Positions 9,476 to 18,676 of a stretch of 35,500 bases of DNA are shown here, one piece after another. The notes beneath the pieces are model-generated. The model saw only the letters and a list, made by a program, of their open reading frames with translations. It made no database searches and was not told the DNA's origin. The DNA is taken from assembly GCA_039794045.1 (NCBI GenBank), contig JBAMLY010000007.1:1-35500 (forward strand), written 5' to 3'. This stretch comes from Candidatus Micrarchaeia archaeon (GTDB lineage Archaea; Micrarchaeota; Micrarchaeia; Norongarragalinales; UBA8480). A program made the translations under genes and the position numbers. Position 1 is the first letter of the stretch. Each line of letters starts with the position of its first letter.

Positions 9476-9484
9476 ACTCTCCCC

Positions 9485-12469
9485 TCAAGAGACCGCGGGA
9501 GCGTCGTTTTTGTCGGCCGTTTCTTGTTTGAGGCGCTGAATCTTGTAATAAGTGTACGCTCCAGCGACTGCGAGAATCACTAGGAACGCCAGTATAATGT
9601 CGTCGGAGCCGCCGAGAACAAACAATCCAGTGAGAAGTCCTGCCTTCTTTGCTTCGCTACCGCTTATTTTCACTGGCAGCGAGGCGAGGCGGCCATCGCT
9701 CGCCTTCAAGTCCACGGTGGCGTTGTAGTCTTGTTCCTGCATTCCCTTAGTGATTACGGTGACGTTGAAAGTCTTTGACTGGCCGAAGGGAAGCAGGACT
9801 TGAGCTGGCTCGAAAGAGTAATTCCACCCTTCAGGCAAGCCGTTGACTTCAAGAGAGTAAGAAAGCGAGTCGGACTCGTAGTTGGATATAGTAACGCTGA
9901 ACTTGGCTGCAAGCGAGTCATTGATTTTCTCGAACCATACTTCGCTCGCGGAAATGGTTGCATTCAAAGCGCTTGACTTGGGAGGCTCGAGGACCGTGAC
10001 GCGCAAGACTTCTTCTTTTACTAGCTTGTCGTTCAAAGGGTCAGCGTACTGGGAGAACACTTGAATTGGAATCGCGTACTCGCCCGCCTGAGTTAAAGCG
10101 GAAGGCGAAACGCTTACTTCAAACAAGGCTTCCTTCTTTGGTTGAACTTCTTGTTCTTGAGGTGAAACAGCCACGCCATCGAAAGGCGGAGTGAGGAAAA
10201 CAAAGTATTTGTCAGCCATTGTGCCCGTGTTGCGCACGCGCAGGAAAGCCGAAGCGCGCTCGCCTTTTACCACAGTGATGTGGGGCTGGGCTAGTTCAGC
10301 GAAAGAGGAATAGTCGCCGCCAGACTTACGGAAGCAAATTTCTTGCTGTAATACAACTGAATCACCGCGCTTTACGAGGAGCAACGCGTGCGCGTCAGAA
10401 GATGCCGGCAAGTCTTCTGGAATAAGGGAAACGTATATCGTGCGATTGGTTCCGTTCTGGAACCCAAATATGTTTGGCTGTGAAACGCTTACTGAAACGC
10501 CGTCCACTCCTTCTACTTCAACGAAGTAATCTCCGTCTAGCCCGTTGTTCTTCAAGCTTATTGGAACGTAGACGCGCGACTTGGAAACATTCAATGCCTT
10601 GCACTTCGAGCCGAAGTTGCTTGAAACCAGTGAAGAAGGCACGATTACTGAAAGCACTGCTTGCGCGTCGTTCAAATCACTTTGAGCAGAAACGTAGAAG
10701 TCGTGTTGGCCACTAGCGCCGCTTGGCACGAAAGTACAAAACTTTACTGCGCGCGTCTCGTGAGCCGCCAAATATGCACGCGAAACGTCGAACTTGGAAT
10801 CCCAGTCTCCATTCGCCTGCATTTGAACGATGGCTTCCTTGTCGGCGCGGTTGCGCAGCATCAAATCAAAACAAACTTCGTCTCCTGCAAGCGCTTCCTT
10901 GGAGAAATCGCTGGCTGAAAGAGAAATTCCGCCACTCAAGCACAGCGGGAGCGCAACGTTCGCAGAACACTGTTTCTTGCCTTTAAAGGATGCAATAGCG
11001 TTGGCGGCACCGGAGTAGCCTTGAGGCAGCGAAGCAGAAACTGTGACTATGCGAGCTTCTCCTGCGGCAAGAGGAATAAATGCCGGACCGCTTAATGGGA
11101 CTGAAGCACTGTAAGTAGCTGAAACGTTGTTGGCTTCCTGGAGCTTGTTCGAAACCATTACTTGAAAACTTTGAGTGGGTCCCGCGTTGCAATCAGCTTG
11201 CGAGACAAGTTCGGCTTGAACGTCGCAGTCGTATACTTCCTTGTTCAAGCACGCTTCAACTGCAACGATTCTCCCGGTTACCGCGTTAGCTGAAACCACT
11301 TGCTCGCCGAATCCATCGGCTAAGACGCTTAAAGTGTAAGAACCCGCACTCAAGTCATTGAACAATGCTTCGCCGTTCTTGTCGGTGCTGCGCTTTTCAC
11401 CATTTTCTTGAATCGAAACCGAAGCGGATTGAATGGGTGCTCCAGAGCCGCAGTCTGTTACTTTGGCTAGAATAGAGGCAGTCGACGCTTTGGCTGGAGC
11501 TATCGACGCTTGCGCGGAACACGAGGCTCCAGCGAAACTAGCCTTCACTAAAAAACTATTTAACGCAGAGTCCTCAGAGTAAGTGCAAGAAGAGTAGCAG
11601 TAGCCATCGCGGCTGCTGCCCTGGCAGTAAGCCGACTTTATTTCACCGTTCCCGCAGTCCACCACCGCAGTATACGGAGCTGAAGCAAAGTCAACGTAGT
11701 GAACGCTTACGCTTACCGGCTGGCCGGCGCGCTGAGTGGAAGGCGAGAGCGAAACCGTGCAATAAGAATTGGTTGGCTCGCAGTATTGCCCACTCGCTCT
11801 TTCTCCTTCAGGGCAACCGCAAACGTCCGCGCGCTCGCGCAAGAACCCGTTGTCGCAGTACTCGTGGTTGGCATTGCATTGCCCGTAAGGAGTGCCGTCA
11901 CTGCACTTTTTGTCAACGCAGTGGTTTCCATCAGCTTCTTTTCCTGCAGGGCAACCGCAAAGAGAAGCTTTTTCCACTAGGTTACCCCACGGCGTGCAAT
12001 ACTTTGGTTCCTCGGAAGAACAATAGCCGGCAGGAGTTCCATCTGCGCAGTAAACTGGTTCTGGAGTGGGCTGGGGCGCAGTATTGTATATTACTACAGT
12101 AGAAGGATTAGACGGGTACTGGGCAACGTTCACGTAAACCCCGCCACACGGCACACCATAGTAATTCCACTGCAAGTAGTAAGTGCCAGGGTAAGCGTAG
12201 TAGCAGTCGTAGAAGCCAGTGTAACCATTGCCGCAAACAAAGGAAAAACCAGGATAAACTTGTGGTTCAACGTAAAGCCACGAACCAGGAGAAACATAGT
12301 AGGTAGCCGCGAAAGGATTACAGCCGAACACGGAGTAAGCAGGGTAGCCATAGTACGCGCTCCCCCAAACCGAAACTGCCACCTGCGCACTAATCCCTGC
12401 GTTAGCGCTCGAGGCAAAAAAGCCTGCAAGCAATACTAAAGCAAAGAGCAAAGCATTACCGAGCCTCAT
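9485..12469 (-). CDS. Large membrane-anchored surface protein (Tyr-rich N-terminus, Cys-rich tandem repeats, carboxypeptidase-regulatory-like and Ig-like domains)
   Basis: Signal peptide; two CxDGT..G.C..YC..G.L..CGCP.G repeats; TDKNGEALFNDLSAGSYTLSV; GLPEGW domain; LTGLF plus TM. Confidence 0.85.
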   Translation of the reverse strand: MRLGNALLFALVLLAGFFASSANAGISAQVAVSVWGSAYYGYPAYSVFGCNPFAATYYVSPGSWLYVEPQVYPGFSFVCGNGYTGFYDCYYAYPGTYYLQWNYYGVPCGGVYVNVAQYPSNPSTVVIYNTAPQPTPEPVYCADGTPAGYCSSEEPKYCTPWGNLVEKASLCGCPAGKEADGNHCVDKKCSDGTPYGQCNANHEYCDNGFLRERADVCGCPEGERASGQYCEPTNSYCTVSLSPSTQRAGQPVSVSVHYVDFASAPYTAVVDCGNGEIKSAYCQGSSRDGYCYSSCTYSEDSALNSFLVKASFAGASCSAQASIAPAKASTASILAKVTDCGSGAPIQSASVSIQENGEKRSTDKNGEALFNDLSAGSYTLSVLADGFGEQVVSANAVTGRIVAVEACLNKEVYDCDVQAELVSQADCNAGPTQSFQVMVSNKLQEANNVSATYSASVPLSGPAFIPLAAGEARIVTVSASLPQGYSGAANAIASFKGKKQCSANVALPLCLSGGISLSASDFSKEALAGDEVCFDLMLRNRADKEAIVQMQANGDWDSKFDVSRAYLAAHETRAVKFCTFVPSGASGQHDFYVSAQSDLNDAQAVLSVIVPSSLVSSNFGSKCKALNVSKSRVYVPISLKNNGLDGDYFVEVEGVDGVSVSVSQPNIFGFQNGTNRTIYVSLIPEDLPASSDAHALLLVKRGDSVVLQQEICFRKSGGDYSSFAELAQPHITVVKGERASAFLRVRNTGTMADKYFVFLTPPFDGVAVSPQEQEVQPKKEALFEVSVSPSALTQAGEYAIPIQVFSQYADPLNDKLVKEEVLRVTVLEPPKSSALNATISASEVWFEKINDSLAAKFSVTISNYESDSLSYSLEVNGLPEGWNYSFEPAQVLLPFGQSKTFNVTVITKGMQEQDYNATVDLKASDGRLASLPVKISGSEAKKAGLLTGLFVLGGSDDIILAFLVILAVAGAYTYYKIQRLKQETADKNDAPAVS
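11780..12049 (-). repeat. Two tandem ~45-aa Cys-rich repeats within the surface protein
   Basis: CADGTPAGYC..YC..GNLVEKASLCGCPAG..GNHC and CSDGTPYGQC..YC..GFLRERADVCGCPEG..GQYC. Confidence 0.85.
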
Positions 12470-12482
12470 AAACCCACCTTAT

Positions 12483-12513
12483 GTTACTACTGTGCAGTTA
12501 CGAGTATTTAAAT
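12483..12513 (-). promoter_or_regulatory. TATA box (12506-12513) plus GTTACT-N7-AGTTAC operator-like site upstream of the surface protein pair
   Basis: ATTTAAAT lies 4 nt from the imperfect palindrome at 12483-12501, which is just upstream of the ATG at 12469. Confidence 0.55.
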
Positions 12514-12600
12514 GTGGTGGTTGTTGAGGTGGTAACGACGAAGGAACGCGTCGCGGCGCCCAAAAGCTTTTTTATTTCGCGCGACGCCATTTCTTTTGTT

Positions 12601-12751
12601 GGGGTCGTAGTATAACCTGGCAGAACGGCAGTCGCCCTCAGCTGGGCGGCCGAAGCTCCAGTAGCAAAGCTTACTGGAAAAATGAGCTCGCAGGAGCAGT
12701 GATTTCGCCGAGAGAAACCTGCATATCCGAGTTCGAATCTCGGCGACCCCA
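12601..12751 (+). tRNA. tRNA-Trp(CCA) with two introns: 30/31 (12632-12654) and 37/38 (12662-12716)
   Basis: Acceptor GGGGTCG/CGACCCC plus A73; T arm CCGAG-TTCGAAT-CTCGG; after removing both introns the anticodon arm is GCAGG-CT-CCA-GA-CCTGC; CCA end not encoded; A/T-rich promoter box at about 12562-12576. Confidence 0.85.
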
Positions 12752-12762
12752 CTTTTTCTTGG

Positions 12763-13458
12763 TTGGGTGGTGAGAAAATAATAGTTGCAGGCGTTGACGA
12801 AGCCGGCAGGGGCTGCGTAATTGGGCCACTAGTAATTTGCGCTTTCGCGTGCGACAGCGACTGGGAACCAGAACTGCGCCGAATGGGAGTCAAGGACTCA
12901 AAGCAGTTGACTGCCCAGCGCCGCCAAGAACTCGCGGTTAAACTCCGCAAAATCGGAAAGCATGTCTTAGTAAAAATCACTGCAGAGCAACTCAGCAAGG
13001 AAATGAGTTCAAAGAGCCTCAACGAAATAGAGGCTGAGCACGCCGCGCAAGCGTTGAACGAACTGCAAGAAAAGCTTTCCGTTAAAGGAAACGAGTTCGA
13101 AAAAATATTCGTAGACTCGCCAGACCCAGTGCCGTCGCTGTTTGAGAAGAGGCTGCGCAAGTACCTTGTAGGAAAAACGGGAAAGGCGCGAATAGTCAGC
13201 GAAAACAAGGCAGACGCAAAGTACGCGTGCTGCAGCGCTGCCAGCATTCTAGCGAAAGTAGAGCGCGACGCGGAAATAGAGAAAATAAAAAAGTTGGTTG
13301 GAAGCGAGTTTGGCTCGGGCTATTCAAGCGACCTAGTAACCCAAGAGTTTTTGTGCAAGCACTTCAACGACGAAGCAGTCAAGCCTTTCCTGCGCGAAAA
13401 GTGGGAGACTGTGAAGCGGCTGCGCTGCAAGCAAATGGATTTAAGCAAGTTCGTTTAA
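12763..13458 (+). CDS. rnhB: Ribonuclease HII
   Basis: GVDEAGRGCVIGPLV, VKDSKQL, ENKAD, AASILAKVERD, GSGY; C-terminal PIP-like QMDLSKF. Confidence 0.96.
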   Translation: MGGEKIIVAGVDEAGRGCVIGPLVICAFACDSDWEPELRRMGVKDSKQLTAQRRQELAVKLRKIGKHVLVKITAEQLSKEMSSKSLNEIEAEHAAQALNELQEKLSVKGNEFEKIFVDSPDPVPSLFEKRLRKYLVGKTGKARIVSENKADAKYACCSAASILAKVERDAEIEKIKKLVGSEFGSGYSSDLVTQEFLCKHFNDEAVKPFLREKWETVKRLRCKQMDLSKFV

Positions 13459-13916
13459 AGCAGAGAAACCGCTGCTTTTTCTATGAGCAAGTCCTCTACG
13501 CAATAGTTTTCAAGTGCTGCCTTGCTCACGTCGTACTCTCGCGCAACCTCTTCCTCTGCCTTCGCCCGCTCTCTAGCAGATGAAGGAAAACGAATTTCCC
13601 TTCCTATTCTTGCGGTGACATGCGCCGGCGACTCTGAAACGACGGCGAAAACGTTTTTACGTGGCGCAGTCAAGGCCAACGCCTTATCTATTTTAGGCGT
13701 GCAAGCAACAAAGCAGAGCCACGACAACGCAAAGTCTTTGGCTGGAGCGCGTTCTTCCTGAAAAGATTTATAAGTTGAAAAGAGGCAATATTTGAGGAAG
13801 CGAGGAAAAATTCCCAGCTCTGGTTTTACTACTATAAAAGGTCCTTCCAGGCTTTTCCTGAGTTCCGCCACGAGCTCGGCTTGCTTTAAATCGCTTTCCA
13901 AGAACAATACTTGCAT
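13455..13916 (-). CDS. cgi121: KEOPS complex subunit Cgi121-like
   Basis: Size about 150 aa; [22 protein letters not shown] and C-terminal EDLLIEKAA resemble Cgi121; start moved to ATG 13916. Confidence 0.6.
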   Translation of the reverse strand: MQVLFLESDLKQAELVAELRKSLEGPFIVVKPELGIFPRFLKYCLFSTYKSFQEERAPAKDFALSWLCFVACTPKIDKALALTAPRKNVFAVVSESPAHVTARIGREIRFPSSARERAKAEEEVAREYDVSKAALENYCVEDLLIEKAAVSLL

Positions 13917-13966
13917 GTAACGGAAATCCAATTCCAAAATTAAAACTGTTTCGGAGGAGAAAAATA

Positions 13967-14365
13967 ATGGTTCAATACCACAAGGCATTCAAAACCAAGC
14001 TCGGCGGCGCGGGCGGAAAAAAACGCAAAATGAGGGACAAGCGACGCGCTCACTGGGGCGGATTCTTCAGCCGCACTCGCTTCGAAAAAAACACGGAAAG
14101 CGAGAAACGCGACGCCTTCCGCACAAAAGGAGGCAACCGCAAAGTCGCCGCGCTTTCAGTGCTGTACGCAAACGTGTCCAACGGCAAGGAAGTAAAAAAA
14201 GCAAAAATAACGAACGTCGTAGAAACTCCAGACAACCGCCACTACTCACGTGAAAACATCGTCACCAAAGGCGCAATAATAGAAACAGAGCTCGGCAAAG
14301 CCAAGGTCACGTCGCGCCCAGGACAACACGGCATAGTAAACGCGGTGCTACTCAAGCAGTCTTGA
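13967..14365 (+). CDS. rps8e: 30S ribosomal protein eS8 (S8e)
   Basis: [42 protein letters not shown]. Confidence 0.97.
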   Translation: MVQYHKAFKTKLGGAGGKKRKMRDKRRAHWGGFFSRTRFEKNTESEKRDAFRTKGGNRKVAALSVLYANVSNGKEVKKAKITNVVETPDNRHYSRENIVTKGAIIETELGKAKVTSRPGQHGIVNAVLLKQS

Positions 14366-14690
14366 AGGCATCAAATATTGTTTTGACGAGACTCATTTTC
14401 TCTGCCTCGCCTTCCCTATTCTCGTAATAAGCCTTGAGTCTCTCGCGCCACGCAGGACGCAAGAAATAAATTTTTCCCTGCAACTCGTGAACGCCGACTT
14501 CCAGCAACCCGTTCTCTTGCCCTGCCTTGAAAGCTTTAGCGAACAAGTCTTTCCCTCGCGGAGAAAGCTTTTTCAGCGCCAAACTTATTTGTTCATCGCT
14601 CTTTGTCTCGCCAAAAACGCGCGCCAGAATTAAAGCATGACCACTCGAAAGCATTCCAGCCTTAACCATTTCGCTTACAACGCGAGGCAT
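14352..14690 (-). CDS. Hypothetical protein
   Basis: About 112-aa ORF (MPRVVSE...) filling the gap between rps8e and gar1; no recognised motif. Confidence 0.5.
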   Translation of the reverse strand: MPRVVSEMVKAGMLSSGHALILARVFGETKSDEQISLALKKLSPRGKDLFAKAFKAGQENGLLEVGVHELQGKIYFLRPAWRERLKAYYENREGEAEKMSLVKTIFDAFKTA

Positions 14691-14877
14691 GAAAACACTT
14701 TTTAACACAAGCAAATTAAAAGTTTGCACTTTCTACCCCAGTCATCCAAACACGTTAAAAAAACAAAAAAATCCACGCAAGCGAGAGGCAAAAGTATTTA
14801 TATCGGATTCGCCAAAAAGTTTAAATAGTTATCGTTGCAGTTTAATAATTCTCTTCGTTTTGCGGAGTGTTTTTTGT

Positions 14878-15108
14878 TTGGAGTTCAGAGTAGAGCACTT
14901 ATCTTCGCGTGGCAACCTCGTCTTGAGCGGCGGGGGGGCCGGCATAGAGCGGAAGACAAAGCTTTACTTGAATGGCAAGGCGGTGGCCGAGGTTTTCGAC
15001 ACGATTGGGCGCGTGGAAAAGCCGCTTTATTTGGCGAAGCCGCTCGTGAGAGAAGCAGGGAAACTGCAGGGAAAAACGCTGACTGACTCAAAACAAGGTG
15101 TGTTTTAA
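14878..15108 (+). CDS. gar1: H/ACA RNP protein Gar1/Naf1-like
   Basis: VEHLSSRGNLVL..AVAEVFDTIGRVEKPLYLAKP; TTG start with GGAGTG SD; conserved position directly upstream of tfb (TAATG overlap). Confidence 0.75.
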   Translation: MEFRVEHLSSRGNLVLSGGGAGIERKTKLYLNGKAVAEVFDTIGRVEKPLYLAKPLVREAGKLQGKTLTDSKQGVF

Positions 15109-16007
15109 TGAAGTGCCCGGAATGCGGAAGCACGAGGCTTAGGAAGAACCCGGAACGCGGAGAAATAACTTGCGTTGACTGCGGGCTCGTGATAGAAGAG
15201 AGCCTCGTCCAAGAAGGACCAGAGTGGAGGGCTTTCGACGCGGAACAGCGCGCCAGCCGCGCCCGCACGGGAGCGCCGTTGAAGTACATGTCGCCCAACA
15301 AAGGGCTAGTCACCGAAATAGACCAGTACAATCGTGACGCGCGCGGCGGCAAGATCGCGCCGTCGCAGCAGGCACAGCTTTACCGGATGCGCAAGTGGCA
15401 CAAGCGTGCTTCTATATCAAACAGTATAGAACGCAATCTCGCTATAGCTTTGACTGAACTAAACCGGGTCGCGTCGCACTTGGGTCTCAGCGAAAGCATT
15501 CGCGAGGCGTGCGCCCTGCTTTACAGGAAGTGCGTCGAGAAAGGCTTGATTCGCGGCAGGCAAATTGAGAGCGTGGTCAGCGCAGTGATTTACGCGGTAT
15601 GCAGGCAGTACGGCATTCCGCGCACGCTTGACGAAATCAGTGCTGTCGCCGAGATTCCCAAGAAAGAGATAGGGCGCACTTATCGCTTGATAGCCCAAGA
15701 ACTCGAATTAAAAGTTCCTTTGACGAACCCTCGCTTTTACATTGCGCGCTTCATTACGGCGTTGAAGTTGAGTGGTGAGACGCAGAAGCAAGCGCAGGAA
15801 ATTCTTGACAAGGCAATAAAGAGGGGCCTCATAAGCGGCCGCGGCCCAATGGGGGTGGCCGCTGCGACGGTCTACATTGCTTCTGTCGTGACTGGAGAGC
15901 GGAGGACTCAAAAAGAAGTCGCCGACGTCGCGGGAGTGACGGAGGTAACGATTCGCAACCGCTACCGAGAACTCAAGAAAGCGCTTGACTTGAAGGTAAG
16001 CATTTAA
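15108..16007 (+). CDS. tfb: Transcription initiation factor TFB
   Basis: CPECG..CVDCG Zn ribbon, GPEWRAF, ERNL..AL.EL, two cyclin folds, VAGVTEVTIRNRY. Confidence 0.98.
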   Translation: MKCPECGSTRLRKNPERGEITCVDCGLVIEESLVQEGPEWRAFDAEQRASRARTGAPLKYMSPNKGLVTEIDQYNRDARGGKIAPSQQAQLYRMRKWHKRASISNSIERNLAIALTELNRVASHLGLSESIREACALLYRKCVEKGLIRGRQIESVVSAVIYAVCRQYGIPRTLDEISAVAEIPKKEIGRTYRLIAQELELKVPLTNPRFYIARFITALKLSGETQKQAQEILDKAIKRGLISGRGPMGVAAATVYIASVVTGERRTQKEVADVAGVTEVTIRNRYRELKKALDLKVSI

Positions 16008-16011
16008 GCCT

Positions 16012-16317
16012 TCAAGGCTTTTTTGCTGTTGAAGCCAGCACGCGCAAGGCGGCTTCGCGCAATGAATTTAGTTTTTCGGTTTTGAACCCTTTCTTGCCAG
16101 CTGGCTTCAAGTGAAAGAGCTTGTAAGACAGGGAAGGCTTTATTTCCACGTAGATGGCTCCGTTGTTTAACCCGAAGTAGTGAAGCGTGCCAGTAAACTT
16201 TTCTGGTTTTCTCGCGCCAAAAAAATTTTCTTTAATGAAGGAGTCGATCTTGTCCGCTAGTTCTTTCTCTTTTAAAGCGACTTGTTCTTCAGTGAAAAAC
16301 GGTTTCTTGAAAGGCAT
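16012..16317 (-). CDS. Hypothetical protein
   Basis: 101-aa Lys-rich ORF filling the gap between tfb and the DHH gene. Confidence 0.55.
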   Translation of the reverse strand: MPFKKPFFTEEQVALKEKELADKIDSFIKENFFGARKPEKFTGTLHYFGLNNGAIYVEIKPSLSYKLFHLKPAGKKGFKTEKLNSLREAALRVLASTAKKP

Positions 16318-16364
16318 GCAATCCCTTCCTTTAAAGTAGGAGAGCGCGCAATTAAAAGAATTAC

Positions 16365-17501
16365 TTGCCAGTTTCTTTCGTGAAGCACTTGTTTGAAGAC
16401 GAGGGACTACGCAAGCTAGAGCAGCGCTTCAAGAAAATGGCTGCCTTTCTAGAAAAAACTTTGGTGGAGCGCAAGCCAGTGCTCTTGGAATACCACGACG
16501 ACGGAGACGGAGTGTTCGGAGCGCTTATAGTCAAGAAGGCTTTAGAGGAAAAAGCGGCGCTGCTTGGAGTCCCGCTCTCACTTTACTGCCTGCAAAGCAG
16601 TTCTTCTGCTTACTCTGAGGAAGACGCGCGGAGGGACGCGTGCCAGCACGAGTTGCGTGCGCCGCTGTTGTTGGTGGTGGACTTTGGCTTGAACGAGGAC
16701 AGCGAAAAAGGCGTGGAGCTAGCGCGGCGCGCTGGCTTCGCAGTGGCGGCGATAGACCACCACCCGTTCCCAAAAAAAATTGAGGGGCACTACGACTGCA
16801 TTGTAGCCCCCCAACAAGAAGGATTAGGGCCTGAATACTGTGCTGGACTGCTTTGCTTTGAGGTAGCAAGCGCTATGGGTTGCGCGCCGTCGCAAGAATG
16901 GGCGAGGGCAGCGCTCAAGAGCGACAACAGTCGTTTTATGCGCGAGGAAGACGACTTGCTTGCGAGAGCAGTTGATTACTTGCTCATAGCGAGCAAGCAA
17001 AAAAAGCCTCTTTCTTTTTACGAGCGAGTGCTTGAAGACAGGAGAGCGTTAAAAGAGTATTACGCTAGAGCCGTGGAAAACGTAATGGAAATGCTTGAAA
17101 AAGCAGTCAAGACAGCAAAAATAGTTGCGATTGGAGACAATGCGAGCGCTGTCTTGCTCGACCTCGAAAAGTGCGGTTGCGCCAAGAACGTTTATCCCTC
17201 TAAAGGAAAAGCAGTCAACGAGGCGCACAACAAGTTTTCCTTGGAGTTGGGTGGCGCAGTGGTGACACTGGGTTTCACGCGAGACCGCATAAGCTTTCGA
17301 GCGAACGCGGAAGCGATGAAGCGCGGCGCGGCAGCGAACCCAGTGATTGCGGAGTTAAAGAAAGAATTTGGTTCAACTATAGTGTCGGGGGGAGGACACG
17401 ACGTGGCGGCGGCGTTGAAGGTGCGTGGAGGAAGCGCTCGCTTGGTGGCTTTGCGGTTCGCTGAACTTGTTGGCAAGCAACTTCGCAGGAAAGCAAACTG
17501 A
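16365..17501 (+). CDS. DHH-family phosphoesterase, RecJ/HAN-like core (DHH + DHHA1)
   Basis: YHDDGDG, VVDFG, IDHH, KSD, YPSKGK, SFRA, GGGHDVAA. Confidence 0.85.
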   Translation: MPVSFVKHLFEDEGLRKLEQRFKKMAAFLEKTLVERKPVLLEYHDDGDGVFGALIVKKALEEKAALLGVPLSLYCLQSSSSAYSEEDARRDACQHELRAPLLLVVDFGLNEDSEKGVELARRAGFAVAAIDHHPFPKKIEGHYDCIVAPQQEGLGPEYCAGLLCFEVASAMGCAPSQEWARAALKSDNSRFMREEDDLLARAVDYLLIASKQKKPLSFYERVLEDRRALKEYYARAVENVMEMLEKAVKTAKIVAIGDNASAVLLDLEKCGCAKNVYPSKGKAVNEAHNKFSLELGGAVVTLGFTRDRISFRANAEAMKRGAAANPVIAELKKEFGSTIVSGGGHDVAAALKVRGGSARLVALRFAELVGKQLRRKAN

Positions 17502-17547
17502 AAGCTAAATAAGGGCGAAACACCAAAATATTGACGGGAGATGTAAA

Positions 17548-18672
17548 ATGCCTGAACGAAGCAAACCTCTTTCGAGGGAACTGCCGTCAGTCACGCAAGC
17601 AGTGAAAGAGCACTGGAAGAACTTCGGCGCTGAAAAAATGAAGGAATTCATTAAAAGCTTGGAATACTCGCCGGACCCTACAACGAACTCGAAGAAAGTC
17701 GCTTACGCGATAAACTTGTTCACGAACCACTTCCTTGACTTACCTTCTTTTTTGTACGCGCGAAAAGTTTTTGCTCGCCCCAACGAAATAATGGAAGTAC
17801 ACAAAAAAATGATTGAAAACATAGCAAAACTAAACCCAAAAACCGCGCCCAACAAGCAACACGTAATCAACAACATTGCCTGGATACTAAGCACGAGCCC
17901 AATGTTTTACGCGCCAGTAATAGACGCTGAAAAGTTGCCGCCTCTGCCTTACCAAAAACACTACGGCACGCAAGAAATAAAAGGCATTCTCGCCACTGTG
18001 CTCCAAAAAATTCCCCCGCAAAAAGTTGACTCTAAAGTGGTTTACCTCACATCAAAAAAGCTTGCAGAAAAACTGGAAAAAGAAGGAATTCCGGCGCGCG
18101 TGACTGACGTCAGCAAGGCATTCCAAGAACTGTTTCCGCACTTGAACCCCAACGACGTAACAATTGCCGTGGCAGACGCGGCAGCCGAAAAACTTGAAAA
18201 AATTCAGACGAAGGCGCGCCACGCCAAGGAAGACGTTTTCGCTGAAGCCCTGGAAAAAACAAGGTATTTGCCGCCCCACGAGCTAGCAAAAATACTTTCC
18301 CAAACCAAGAAAAAACCAGCGGACAGTCAAGGAATAACTCACGTTACTTACTTGATAGATAATTTGCACGCGTTCTCTAAAATTAACGACGAGGAACTCG
18401 GAGAATTCGTTGAAGCGCGCTTGAAAAATATTTACGCGGCGAGTGCTGACGACACGGAATCGCTAAGAAAACTTGCAACTAACTTGCATGAGTTGAACAA
18501 GCGGCTCACCCTACAAATAAAGGAGTTGAGCGAAAAACATGGCTACCCAGAGTCAAACCCGCTGATAAAGCGCCGCAAAATAATAATGGGCAAAATAATG
18601 CCTTTGTGGGCGAAAATAGAAGACGAACTATTAAAGCGCTCGATGCTCCAGCAACTCGCCCCCAAAAAGTGA
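17548..18672 (+). CDS. Hypothetical helical protein
   Basis: 374-aa ORF with GGGAG SD; co-oriented with flanking genes; no motif recognised. Confidence 0.7.
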   Translation: MPERSKPLSRELPSVTQAVKEHWKNFGAEKMKEFIKSLEYSPDPTTNSKKVAYAINLFTNHFLDLPSFLYARKVFARPNEIMEVHKKMIENIAKLNPKTAPNKQHVINNIAWILSTSPMFYAPVIDAEKLPPLPYQKHYGTQEIKGILATVLQKIPPQKVDSKVVYLTSKKLAEKLEKEGIPARVTDVSKAFQELFPHLNPNDVTIAVADAAAEKLEKIQTKARHAKEDVFAEALEKTRYLPPHELAKILSQTKKKPADSQGITHVTYLIDNLHAFSKINDEELGEFVEARLKNIYAASADDTESLRKLATNLHELNKRLTLQIKELSEKHGYPESNPLIKRRKIIMGKIMPLWAKIEDELLKRSMLQQLAPKK

Positions 18673-18676
18673 GCAA

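Noticed and set aside
12633..12648. Hairpin CGCCC-TCAGCT-GGGCG read as an anticodon arm (Sec UCA or Leu CAG)
   Set aside because: The loop is 6 nt and wrongly spaced. It is better explained as the inner stem of the BHB intron, whose removal gives a perfect Trp anticodon arm.
12730..12762. tRNA 3' end as an integration site
   Set aside because: No duplicate of the tRNA 3' end, integrase or foreign gene block was seen; rnhB follows immediately.
12498..13247. 249-aa minus-strand ORF
   Set aside because: Antisense to rnhB and the tRNA; no recognisable motifs.
16327..16341. TCCT-N7-AGGA as a fifth operator copy
   Set aside because: Differs at the conserved TACT/AGTA core and has short arms; could be chance.
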